Origin: Solirubrobacterales bacterium
Lineage (GTDB): Bacteria > Actinomycetota > Thermoleophilia > Solirubrobacterales > JBBDJG01
NCBI GenBank assembly: GCA_038326655.1
Contig: JBBQKG010000008.1
Coordinates: 23,679-87,678 of the forward strand
Length of the DNA: 64,000 bases
Direction of reading: 5' to 3'
Part shown: positions 18,902 to 26,857 of the stretch, piece by piece
Layout of the letters: every line of letters starts with the position of its first letter
Position numbering within the stretch: the stretch's first letter is position 1
The notes under the pieces: model-generated
What the model was told of the DNA's origin: nothing
Database searches by the model: none
What the model saw: only the letters and a program-made list of their open reading frames with translations
Made by a program: the position numbers and the translations under genes

Positions 18902-19417
18902 TCAGCGCTTCTTCGCCGTCGCGCGCGAGCGCGGTGACGAGCTGCGGCTGCGCGATGAGGCGCTCCGGGTGCTGGCGGTCCGCCGTGTGCTGCCGGTCCG
19001 CCGGGCGCTGGTGGTCCGCCGGGCGCTGGTGCTCCTGCGTGCGGGGGCCTTCCGGGTGGTCGCCTTTGGCGACGCGCCGTCCTGCACGGCTTTCTCAAGC
19101 TGTTTGCCGAGATCTTGAGCCGTCTTGCGAGCCTTCTTCAAGTACTCCTCGATCTCCTTGATCATGCGGCGGGAGCTCGCGTCTGCCTTCGCGCGCGCCG
19201 TCTTGATCCGCTTTTCAGCGGCATCGAGAGATGTGTGGAATCCGCGAATCGTCGCGTTGCCGCCGGTCGAGCGGCGTGCGCTCGCGGTGCTCTTTCGCGC
19301 TGACGACGAACGGCCGCTCGCGCTGCGGCTTGTTGTGCTCTTGCGCGCTGTCGTCCGCTTCGCGCCTGTCTTCGAGGCGGTCCTGCGGGTTGCTGTTCTG
19401 CGAGCAGCTGGAGACAT
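18902..19417 (-). CDS. Highly basic Arg/Ser/Thr/Lys-rich repeat protein (possible nucleoid-associated/histone-like)
   Basis: 171 aa from ATG 19417; a TTG lies one codon upstream. SD is GAGAGGAG. Basic low-complexity arms flank a helical core (LDAAEKRIKTARAKADASSRRMIKEIEEYLKKARKTAQDLGKQLEKAVQD). The C-terminal arm contains hexapeptide repeats ARRSTS/ARRTTS/ARRTGS/TRRTAS/TRSASS. Confidence 0.7.
   Translation of the reverse strand: MSPAARRTATRRTASKTGAKRTTARKSTTSRSASGRSSSARKSTASARRSTGGNATIRGFHTSLDAAEKRIKTARAKADASSRRMIKEIEEYLKKARKTAQDLGKQLEKAVQDGASPKATTRKAPARRSTSARRTTSARRTGSTRRTASTRSASSRSRSSSPRSRATAKKR
18969..19040. repeat. Four tandem 18-nt coding repeats
   Basis: gtgctggcggtccgccgt / gtgctgccggtccgccgg / gcgctggtggtccgccgg / gcgctggtgctcctgcgt. 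These encode the [AT]RR[ST]xS hexapeptide repeats of the basic protein. Confidence 0.7.
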
Positions 19418-19487
19418 CAAACTCCTCTCGCTAGGGGGACTGTGGTGAGGTTTATTTCATACGCCGGATGACAACGCAACCCATACA

Positions 19488-20822
19488 TCACGCAAGCAGG
19501 TCGAGTGCAAGCTCCCGGTAAAACCGTGACGCGAGCTCGACGTCCTCGATTGCGATGCGCTCGTCGGGCGCGTGGATGAGCGGCGCGGTGTCGAAGAACG
19601 ACATCGCCCGCTGCGGAAAGAAGCCGTACGCGACGCATTCCGGAAACGCCTTCCGGAACCAATGGCTGTCGGTGAAGCCGGGCAGCACGATCGGCAGCAA
19701 CGCGGCGCCTGCGTCGGTGCGCTCCGCGAAGTCGCCGAGCGCATCGGCGAGCGGGCCGCCGAACGGCGAGCTGTTGCCGACGATGTCTTCCGTGAACTCG
19801 AGGCGGTACTCCGTCTCGGCCTCGGACCCGATCAGCTCCGCGACGCGGTCGCGGACGTGCTCGGCGCCCAGGCCGGGGGGCACCCGGCAGTCGACCTGCA
19901 CGGTGCAGCGCGAGGGAATCACGTTCTCCTTTCGCGACGCGCGGATCATGGTCGGCGAGATCGTCACGTGGAGGGTAGGCTCGAGCTGCGTTGCAAGACG
20001 CGGCTCGACGGCGCGAATCCGGTCGAGCGCGCCGGCGATGTCGGCGGCTTCCCCGACCAGGATCTCCAGCGGCGCTTTGCCCTCCGGATACTCGTCGAAG
20101 CCGGGCTGGCGGCCGTCGAGGCGGCCGAGCACGTCGACCATCCGCAGCAGCGCGTTGTCCCCGATGCGGGGCATCGAAGCATGGCCCGCGCGGCCCGCGG
20201 TCTCGAGGCGGAAGCGAAAGACGCCTTTCTCCCCCACCACGACCGTGTAGTACCGGCGGCCGTCGAAGTCGAGCACCTCACCTGCGCCTTCGTTCACGAT
20301 CAGGTCGCAGCGCACCTTCTCGGGGACCTGCTCGCAGAGCCACCTCGCGCCAATCGTCGCACCCGCCTCCTCGTCACAGGTGACGATCACGATCAGCTCT
20401 CCGCTTGCCGGTCGCCACCCCGAGCGCCCCAGCTCGCATGCCGCCGCGACCTCGCAGGCGACCTGGCCCTTCATGTCCAGTGCGCCTCGTCCCCAGACGA
20501 AGCCGTCCCGAACCTCGCCCGACCACGGGTCCACCGTCCATTCGGCGGGATCGGCGAGCACCGTGTCGACATGCCCCTGCAGGCAAAGACGCGGTCCGTC
20601 GGAGCGGCCGGGCAACCGCGCGATCAGGTTCGGGCGATCGGGCTCGACACCGATCAGCTCACAGTCGAAGCCCGCTCCTTCGAGCTCAGCGCGCAGCAGC
20701 TCCTGGGCGACGCGCTCGTTCCCGGGCGGGTTGACGGTGTTGTGCTGGATCAGCCGCCGCAGCAGCGACGTTGCATCTTGCGCGAGCGCCACGAGTTGCC
20801 TCCCCGCGCCATCATCGCGCAT
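19488..20822 (-). CDS. M20/M25/M40 family metallopeptidase (paralog of 6642..7982)
   Basis: 444 aa. LLRRLIQHNTVNPPGNE, PNLIARLPGRS, LCLQGHVDTV, WGRGALDMKG, VTCDEE and GHASMP. These blocks are the same as in the other M20 gene, but the nucleotide sequences are clearly diverged. Confidence 0.9.
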   Translation of the reverse strand: MRDDGAGRQLVALAQDATSLLRRLIQHNTVNPPGNERVAQELLRAELEGAGFDCELIGVEPDRPNLIARLPGRSDGPRLCLQGHVDTVLADPAEWTVDPWSGEVRDGFVWGRGALDMKGQVACEVAAACELGRSGWRPASGELIVIVTCDEEAGATIGARWLCEQVPEKVRCDLIVNEGAGEVLDFDGRRYYTVVVGEKGVFRFRLETAGRAGHASMPRIGDNALLRMVDVLGRLDGRQPGFDEYPEGKAPLEILVGEAADIAGALDRIRAVEPRLATQLEPTLHVTISPTMIRASRKENVIPSRCTVQVDCRVPPGLGAEHVRDRVAELIGSEAETEYRLEFTEDIVGNSSPFGGPLADALGDFAERTDAGAALLPIVLPGFTDSHWFRKAFPECVAYGFFPQRAMSFFDTAPLIHAPDERIAIEDVELASRFYRELALDLLA

Positions 20823-21552
20823 CTGCCCGGACAGGCGCTTCCGCAGTGCGCAGCAGCGACGCGCTCACCGCGAGCACCCAGGCGACCCAGGCGAGTAGCA
20901 CGGCCAGGGCGACGGCGCCGGTCGGCGAGAAGTCCCCGGACTCGACGAAGACTGCGCATCCCGCCACCAGCCATGCCGGAACGAGCAGCAAGCCGAGCCA
21001 CGTCACCGGAGCCGGCAGCAGCGACGTTCGGTGGGCCACGATCGCGGTGGCGCCGGTGAGCGCCGCCAGCGGGAAGGCGACGAGCGCGCCCGAGATCGCC
21101 TGCGCGTCATAGAGGGCGCGGATCACGTATTGATCGGCTTCCGCGGCGATGCGCGTGGCCAGCACGTCGTTTGCGACCGTGCCCCAGAGCGCGAGCGCAA
21201 GGGCGAGCGCGCCGGCGCCCGTGACGATTCCAGAGACGCGCCCGGCACCTCCCTCCGCACGCGCGAGAGCAGCGCGAAGGCTCCCGAGGAACCAGAGGAA
21301 GAAGAATGCCGCAAGCCCGGTGAGGTATGCGTTTGCCTGAAACCCGGAAGCATGGTCGACGTAGAACGCCTTGATGTCGCCGGCCGGGTCGTTGAGCGCC
21401 GGCGGCGAAGCAGGCACGACCACGAACGACGCGATCAGGAACGCCACGAACGCAAAGCCTGACGCCGCGCCGACCCGCTCCCACATCGCTGCTCGGTTCA
21501 CCGCTCTCCCTTCGCTGGCAGCAGTTACCGGGGGGATGCTGTCACCCCCCAC
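20812..21552 (-). CDS. Integral membrane protein, unknown function
   Basis: 246-aa ORF; alternative start MWERVG at 21486. About 6 hydrophobic segments (FAFVAFLIASFVVV, AYLTGLAAFFFLWFLG, GAGALALALALWG, ...). Divergent from the arsR-like operon. Confidence 0.6.
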   Translation of the reverse strand: MGGDSIPPVTAASEGRAVNRAAMWERVGAASGFAFVAFLIASFVVVPASPPALNDPAGDIKAFYVDHASGFQANAYLTGLAAFFFLWFLGSLRAALARAEGGAGRVSGIVTGAGALALALALWGTVANDVLATRIAAEADQYVIRALYDAQAISGALVAFPLAALTGATAIVAHRTSLLPAPVTWLGLLLVPAWLVAGCAVFVESGDFSPTGAVALAVLLAWVAWVLAVSASLLRTAEAPVRADAR

Positions 21553-21609
21553 CGACGGAAGCGAAAGGTCTACATTGACGTCTATCGATTCACTCTGCTA
21601 GTAATTAGA

Positions 21610-21966
21610 TTGATGAGCGTCGACCTAACACTTGCGCCAAAGCAGAAGCGGCCGCCAGGCGAGCCGTGCTGCGAGCCGCTCGTGCACCCCTCCGTATCGC
21701 CCGCAGAGGCGCGCCGGCTGGGGGCTGTTGCGAAGGCGCTCGCGGACCCGATCCGCGTTCAGCTCGTCGATGTCCTGCGGCGTCACCCCGGCAAGGTGTG
21801 CGTGTGCGAGCTCACGCCGCTGTTCGAAGTCGCCCAGCCCACCGTCTCGCACCACCTGAAGGTGCTGCGCGAGGCCGGCCTCGTGGGAGTCGAGCGAAAA
21901 GGGCTCTGGGCCTACTACTACGTGAATCCCGAAGCGACAAAGGAGCTCCAGCAATGGCTGAGATGA
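21610..21966 (+). CDS. arsR: ArsR/SmtB family metalloregulator
   Basis: 118 aa (TTG 21610 or ATG 21613). LADPIRVQLVDVL ... VCVCEL ... QPTVSHHLKVLREAGLV is an ArsR HTH with the CVC metalloid-binding motif. There is an extra N-terminal Cys pair (EPCCEP). Confidence 0.85.
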   Translation: MMSVDLTLAPKQKRPPGEPCCEPLVHPSVSPAEARRLGAVAKALADPIRVQLVDVLRRHPGKVCVCELTPLFEVAQPTVSHHLKVLREAGLVGVERKGLWAYYYVNPEATKELQQWLR

Positions 21967-22370
21967 AGCCTCACCTCGCAATCACGGTGTCGGACGTGGA
22001 CCGGTCCGTACCGTTCTACCGTGCCCTCCTCGACCACGATCCCGCCAAGCTGAGGCCCGGCTATGCAAAGTTCGAGCCGGCCAACCCGCCGATCGTGCTG
22101 ACGCTGATCGAGGGGAAGCGCGGCGACGAGCTGGGCGCCTTCAACCACGGCGGCATCAAGGTGACCTCGACCGACGCCGTGCTCGCGACCCGGCTGCGAC
22201 TCCAGGAGGCCGGCCTGGCGACCTTCGACGAGATGGACACCGAGTGCTGCTACGCGCGCCAGGACAAGATCTGGGTTCGCGACCCCGACGGCACGCCATG
22301 GGAGGTCTTCACCGTCCTCGAGGACGTGGAACACGAAACCCGCCGGCCGGCCGGCGCCTGCTGCGCATGA
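21963..22370 (+). CDS. ArsI/CadI-type VOC-fold metalloenzyme
   Basis: ATG 21963 forms an ATGA overlap with the arsR stop; the alternative start is ATG 21954. MKPHLAITVSDVDRSVPFYRALL ... FNHGGIKV ... DTECCYARQDKIWVRDPDGTPWEVF. The vicinal Cys pair is as in ArsI/CadI, and there is a second CC at the C-terminus (GACCA). Confidence 0.8.
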   Translation: MKPHLAITVSDVDRSVPFYRALLDHDPAKLRPGYAKFEPANPPIVLTLIEGKRGDELGAFNHGGIKVTSTDAVLATRLRLQEAGLATFDEMDTECCYARQDKIWVRDPDGTPWEVFTVLEDVEHETRRPAGACCA

Positions 22371-23208
22371 GCGCCGCGACCGCCCACGGCAGGCTGCGAC
22401 GCCCCAGGAGCTGTACGAGGACTGGGAGCGCGCCCACTGGGCCGCGCAGGACGTCGAGCTCGAGCGTGACCGGGCGGACTGGGAGGCGCTCGACGAGCGC
22501 GAGCGCTCGCTCCTCTACTGGGTGCTGAGCTCGCTGATCGTTGCCGAGGAGCGGATCTCGACCCAGTTCTGCGGCCTCGTGCTGGCCCAGGACGACGAGG
22601 AGGAGGGCAGCTACCTCTCGACGCAGCTCGTCGACGAGGTGCGCCACATGCAGTTCTACGCTCGCTTCCAGAACGAGGTGATCGCCGACCCAGCCGCGAT
22701 CGGGTCTCATGTCGGGCGGGCGCGCGAGGTACTCGGTGAGCCGTTCGAAAAGGTCTTCGACGAGGCGCTCGTGGACGCTCACGAGCGCCTTTGCCGCGAG
22801 CCGCGAAACCGCGCGGCGAAAGTCGACTTCGTGACGATCTACCACATGGTGATCGAGGGCACGTTGGGACTCACCGCGTCGCAGTTCCTGCTCGACTTCC
22901 TCGGCCGACGCGGAATCCTGCCGGGGTTCGTGGAGGGCTACGGCCGGATCTCCGCCGACGAGCAGCGCCACATCGCCTACGGCACCGAGTTCCTGCAGCG
23001 TGCAGTGCGCGACGACGCATCGATCGCGCTGGTGGTCCGGGAACGGCTCGTCGACCTGCTGCCGGCGGTCGCGCAGTCGGTCTCTCCCCCGAGTGAGGGT
23101 GCCTGGGACGTGCTGGGCGTCGAGGACGGCGCGCTCGCCGAGTTCGGGCTGAACGCGCTCACGCGGCGGCTGAAGATCGTCGGCGTCTCACTCGAGCAGC
23201 CCGTGTGA
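22367..23208 (+). CDS. Ferritin-like di-metal carboxylate protein (ribonucleotide reductase R2-like); 5' end involves a frame change or non-canonical start
   Basis: Homology-bearing frame: ELYEDWERAHWAAQDVELERDRADWEALDERERSLLYWVLSSLIVAEERIS ... DEVRH ... VIEGT ... ADEQRH, giving the E/ExxH/E/ExxH ligand set. That frame has no ATG/GTG/TTG before 22522. An ATG at 22367 (ATGA overlap with the upstream stop) is in another frame. Confidence 0.7.
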
Positions 23209-23233
23209 GCGCACCACGGCCACGGGAGGCCTG

Positions 23234-23635
23234 ATGGCGCACGTGCTCTTCGTCTGCTTGCACAACGCCGGCCGCTCGCAGATGAGCGAGGCGCTCTTCA
23301 CGCGGGCGGCGGCCGGCCGCCACGAGGCGCGCTCGGCCGGCACCAAGCCCGGCGACCGTGTGCATCCCGAGGTGGTGGCCGCGATGCGCGAGCTCGGCAT
23401 CGACCTTGCCGACCGGCATCCCCGGGGCCTCACCACCGAGCTCGCGGAGTGGGCTGACGTGATCGTGACGATGGGATGCGGCGACGAATGCCCGTACATC
23501 CCGGGCAAGCGCTACCTCGACTGGGACCTGCCTGATCCGAGGCGGCTGCCGGTCGAGCACGTTCGCGTGATCCGGGACGAGATCGCCGACCGCGTGCAGG
23601 CGCTCGCGGACGAGCTCGGGACTTCGCCTGCCTAG
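23234..23635 (+). CDS. arsC: Arsenate reductase, LMW-PTPase family
   Basis: 133 aa. VLFVCLHNAGRSQM is the CX5R P-loop; TMGCGDECPY supplies downstream Cys residues; DWDLPDP follows. Confidence 0.9.
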   Translation: MAHVLFVCLHNAGRSQMSEALFTRAAAGRHEARSAGTKPGDRVHPEVVAAMRELGIDLADRHPRGLTTELAEWADVIVTMGCGDECPYIPGKRYLDWDLPDPRRLPVEHVRVIRDEIADRVQALADELGTSPA

Positions 23636-24666
23636 GGTGACAGCACGATTTTGAGGGCTTCCCTGTTCGCGTAGGCCGCGTAGGCCTCGGGCGCGTCGTC
23701 GAGCGTCATGTGACGGCTCACGAGCGGCGTCGGGTCGAGCACGCCCGCGGCCATCATGCCGAGCACGGCGTCGACGTGGGCGATCACGTTGGCGCGTCCG
23801 GAGCGCAGCGAGAGCGCCTTGATCCAGATGATCCCCATGTGCACCTCGACGCGCTCGGCGTAGACGCCGATCGCGGAGATGGTGCCGGCCTTGCGCGTCA
23901 TCCGGGCCGCCATCTCCAGTACCTCGGGGTGGCCGACCGCGTCCACGCAGACGTCAGCGCCTCGGTTCTCGCTGGCCTCGTTCACCGCCGCGCGGGGGTT
24001 CTCCTCGGTCAGGTGGACGGCCTCGGCGCCGAACCCCCGCGCCACCTCCAGCCGATCGGCGACGGTGTCGATCGCCACCACGCGAGCGGCGCCCGCCGCC
24101 CTTGCGACCTGCACCGCGCACAGGCCGACGGGGCCAAGCCCGAGCACCGCGACGACGTCGCCCGGCCGCACCCCCGCTTCCACGACCGCGTGGTAGCCGG
24201 TTCCCATGACGTCGCCGGCGAAGAGCGCGACGTCGTCGGAGATTCCCTCGGGCACCCGCCGCAGCGTGAGGTTGGCGCGCGGGACCAGCACCTGCTCGGC
24301 CTGCGCGCCCTGCAGCGATCCGAGCGTCGCACCGTGCCCGAACACGCGTGCCTCTTCGCAGGCGTGGTACGCGCCCCGCATGCAGAAGAAGCACGACCCG
24401 CAGGCGGTATGGAAGCAGCCGAGCACACGGTCGCCGGTGCTCACCCGTGTGACCGCGTCGCCCACCGCGAGCACCGTGCCGACGAACTCATGCCCGATCA
24501 CGAATCCGGGCTCTACCTTCACGCGGCCGTGGTAGATGTGGAGGTCCGAGCCGCAGATGCCGGTTGCCTCGACACGCACGATTGCGTCGTCGAGCGCGAT
24601 CAGCTCCGGCTCGGGGCGGTCCTCCAGCGCGACGCGGCCGGGCTCCTGGAACGTGACCGCGCGCAA
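23632..24666 (-). CDS. Zinc-dependent alcohol dehydrogenase (MDR family)
   Basis: 344 aa. GICGSDLH, GHEFVG, structural-zinc Cys cluster CGSCFFCMRGAYHAC, and GLGPVG Rossmann motif. Confidence 0.9.
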   Translation of the reverse strand: MRAVTFQEPGRVALEDRPEPELIALDDAIVRVEATGICGSDLHIYHGRVKVEPGFVIGHEFVGTVLAVGDAVTRVSTGDRVLGCFHTACGSCFFCMRGAYHACEEARVFGHGATLGSLQGAQAEQVLVPRANLTLRRVPEGISDDVALFAGDVMGTGYHAVVEAGVRPGDVVAVLGLGPVGLCAVQVARAAGAARVVAIDTVADRLEVARGFGAEAVHLTEENPRAAVNEASENRGADVCVDAVGHPEVLEMAARMTRKAGTISAIGVYAERVEVHMGIIWIKALSLRSGRANVIAHVDAVLGMMAAGVLDPTPLVSRHMTLDDAPEAYAAYANREALKIVLSP

Positions 24667-24667
24667 G

Positions 24668-25426
24668 TCAGCGTCGCTGTCCGGCGGGCCGCACGAGGAC
24701 CTCGTTCACGGCGACACGATCCGGCGACGCGACCGCGTAGAGGATTGCCTGTGCGATGTCGCCCGCCTCGAGCGGCTCCCCGATCTCCTTGCGCATGTTG
24801 TCGATTGCGTCCACCACCATTGGGTGGGTGTTGTGACCCTGGAGCTCGGTCGTGACGAACCCGGGCTCGACCACCGTGACCTTCACGTTCGCGGCGGCGA
24901 CCTCCTGGCGCAACGCCTCCGAGAACGCGTTCACGCCGAACTTGGTGAGGTTGTAAACGGCGGACCCGAAGTTAGCGAAGCGGCCGGCGACCGAGGAGAT
25001 GTTCACGATCTGGCCGCTGCCCTGCTCCCCCATGATCGGCAGCGTGGCGTGCGTGCAGTACAGGAGCCCGAGGAGGTTCACCTCGATCATCTGCCGCCAC
25101 TCGCTCGTGTCTGCGCCGATCACCGGGCCGAGCAACATCACGCCGGCGTTGTTCACGAGGATGTCGAGCCTGCCGAGCTGCTCCTTCGTCTCCCGGATGA
25201 AACGGTTTGCCTGCTCCTCGTCGGTGACGTCGGTCTCGATCGCGATCGCCTTGCCGCCGGCGTCGGCGATGCGCTTGGCGAGCTGCTCGATGCGCTCCGA
25301 GCGCCGTGCTGCAAGGGACACCGCAGCGCCCGCCTCCGCCAACGTGAGCGCGGTCGCCTCGCCGATTCCGGAAGATGCGCCCGTGATTGCGGCCACCTTC
25401 CCCGAGAGATCGGTGGTTCCGTTCAT
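24668..25426 (-). CDS. Short-chain dehydrogenase/reductase (classical SDR)
   Basis: 252 aa. TGASSGIG, NNAG, and catalytic S...YNLTK. Confidence 0.9.
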   Translation of the reverse strand: MNGTTDLSGKVAAITGASSGIGEATALTLAEAGAAVSLAARRSERIEQLAKRIADAGGKAIAIETDVTDEEQANRFIRETKEQLGRLDILVNNAGVMLLGPVIGADTSEWRQMIEVNLLGLLYCTHATLPIMGEQGSGQIVNISSVAGRFANFGSAVYNLTKFGVNAFSEALRQEVAAANVKVTVVEPGFVTTELQGHNTHPMVVDAIDNMRKEIGEPLEAGDIAQAILYAVASPDRVAVNEVLVRPAGQRR

Positions 25427-26397
25427 GTCGGTCTCCCTTCGAGTGTTTGCCTGAGCCCGGTGTCCATGTCGCGCCGCGCGTAGCCGAGCTCGCGGCGCGC
25501 CTTCTCGTCAGTCGCCCAATACGTGACGCCGTCCGAGCTGCGGATCAGCTCGCGCAGGTTCGGCGGGAACCCGAGCACCTTTCCGACCACGGGCCCGATC
25601 GGGATCGCCATCTTCATCAGCGGCGCGGGCAGCGCGTGGCTCGGCGCCTTGCGGTCGGACAGACCCGCAACCTTCCTGATCAGGTCACCCATCGTCGAGA
25701 GCTCCCCGCCGAGCACGTACGACTGGCCCGACTCGCCCTTGTCGTAGGCCAGCAGGATCCCGTCGGCGACGTCGTCCACGTGCACGAGGTTGAACCCGGC
25801 CTCGGGGAACATGAGCATCTTCAGCTTGCCGGTGCGCGTCTGGTCGATGATGTTCCCGAGCTCGGAGTGGTCGCCGGGCCCGTATACGCCCCCGGGCTGC
25901 ACGATCACGATCGGCGCGCCCTTCGCGATGCGGTCCAGGGCGACCTCGTGGGACAGAAACTTGGTCTCCTCGTACCAGGACAGGAAGTCTTCGCCGTTGC
26001 GCCGGTAGGTCTCGTCGACCACCTGGCCGTGCGTGTTGCCGAACACGCCCACGGTCGAGACGTAGACGGTCCGCCTGACGTTCGCCTCGGTCGCGGCGTC
26101 GAGCACGCGCTCGGTGCCGCGCACGTTGGACTCGTACATCGCATCGTGCTCGGAGGCCGGGATCCCGACCTTGTAGACGGCGGCCACATGGAAGACCGCG
26201 TCGCAGCCCTGCATCCCTCTTCGAATCGCGTCGGTCGCGGACAGGTCGCCCTCGACGATCTCGCAGCCGCGCTCCGCAAGTTCGCCCGCGCGCCCCGCCG
26301 ACCTGACGAGCGCGACGACCTCGTCGCGCCGCGCGCGCAGCCTCTGCACGAGCCGGCCACCGATGAAACCGGTGCCGCCCGTCACGAAAGCCCTCAT
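25423..26397 (-). CDS. NAD-dependent epimerase/dehydratase (extended SDR)
   Basis: 324 aa. VTGGTGFIGG, and YEETK as the YxxxK motif. 4-nt overlap with the downstream SDR gene. Confidence 0.9.
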   Translation of the reverse strand: MRAFVTGGTGFIGGRLVQRLRARRDEVVALVRSAGRAGELAERGCEIVEGDLSATDAIRRGMQGCDAVFHVAAVYKVGIPASEHDAMYESNVRGTERVLDAATEANVRRTVYVSTVGVFGNTHGQVVDETYRRNGEDFLSWYEETKFLSHEVALDRIAKGAPIVIVQPGGVYGPGDHSELGNIIDQTRTGKLKMLMFPEAGFNLVHVDDVADGILLAYDKGESGQSYVLGGELSTMGDLIRKVAGLSDRKAPSHALPAPLMKMAIPIGPVVGKVLGFPPNLRELIRSSDGVTYWATDEKARRELGYARRDMDTGLRQTLEGRPT

Positions 26398-26561
26398 CTC
26401 GCTCCCTTCGGTGTCCGGAACGCCCCTCGTGTCGCAGGCGCGCCGATCGCGCCTCCCGCGATCACGGCGCGGATACTAGTCCGCCGCATCCCTAAGCTTC
26501 GCGACGTGGCCCACGCCGGACAGATCCTTCGCAATCCCGTCCCGGGCCACGGGTCGCGGAC

Positions 26562-26849
26562 GTGAAGGCCCCGTGGCGACGGGCAGCCCGCGCGGGGTCG
26601 CCGCGCGATCACCTGCACGTCGGCGATCCGAGCTTCGACGAGTGGGACGTGGTCCACGACTTCGAAGACGTGCAGACCGCGCGGGCCTGGCGACAGCACC
26701 TGGAGGAAGCGGGCGTCGAGGCGGCGATCACCGCGGACTGGCCGCTCGACCATTTCGGCCGTGGGGATATCGCCCTGCGGGTCCCACCCGGCCGCTGGAG
26801 CGAGGCAGAGGACTTCTTGAGCGGTTTGGCCGACGACGATGACTATTGA
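26562..26849 (+). CDS. Small hypothetical protein (possibly DUF2007-like)
   Basis: 95-aa ORF with an acidic C-terminus (LADDDDY). Its stop overlaps TTG 26846, just upstream of pyk. The start is uncertain and the function assignment is weak. Confidence 0.4.
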   Translation: MKAPWRRAARAGSPRDHLHVGDPSFDEWDVVHDFEDVQTARAWRQHLEEAGVEAAITADWPLDHFGRGDIALRVPPGRWSEAEDFLSGLADDDDY

Positions 26850-26857
26850 TTAGGGCA

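Noticed and set aside
21553-21612. A 12-2-12-type ArsR/SmtB operator upstream of arsR.
   Set aside because: I see a TTGACG box, an ATCGAT palindrome and AT-rich sequence, but could not find a convincing extended inverted repeat. I therefore did not list it as a feature; it is only mentioned in the ars finding.
23632-23635. Convergent arsC and alcohol dehydrogenase genes share a palindromic CTAG as both stop codons. Similarly, there is a 44-nt 3' overlap of the crotonase and GST genes at 33515-33558.
   Set aside because: Convergent 3' overlaps are common in compact GC-rich genomes. There is no evidence of regulatory significance from sequence alone.
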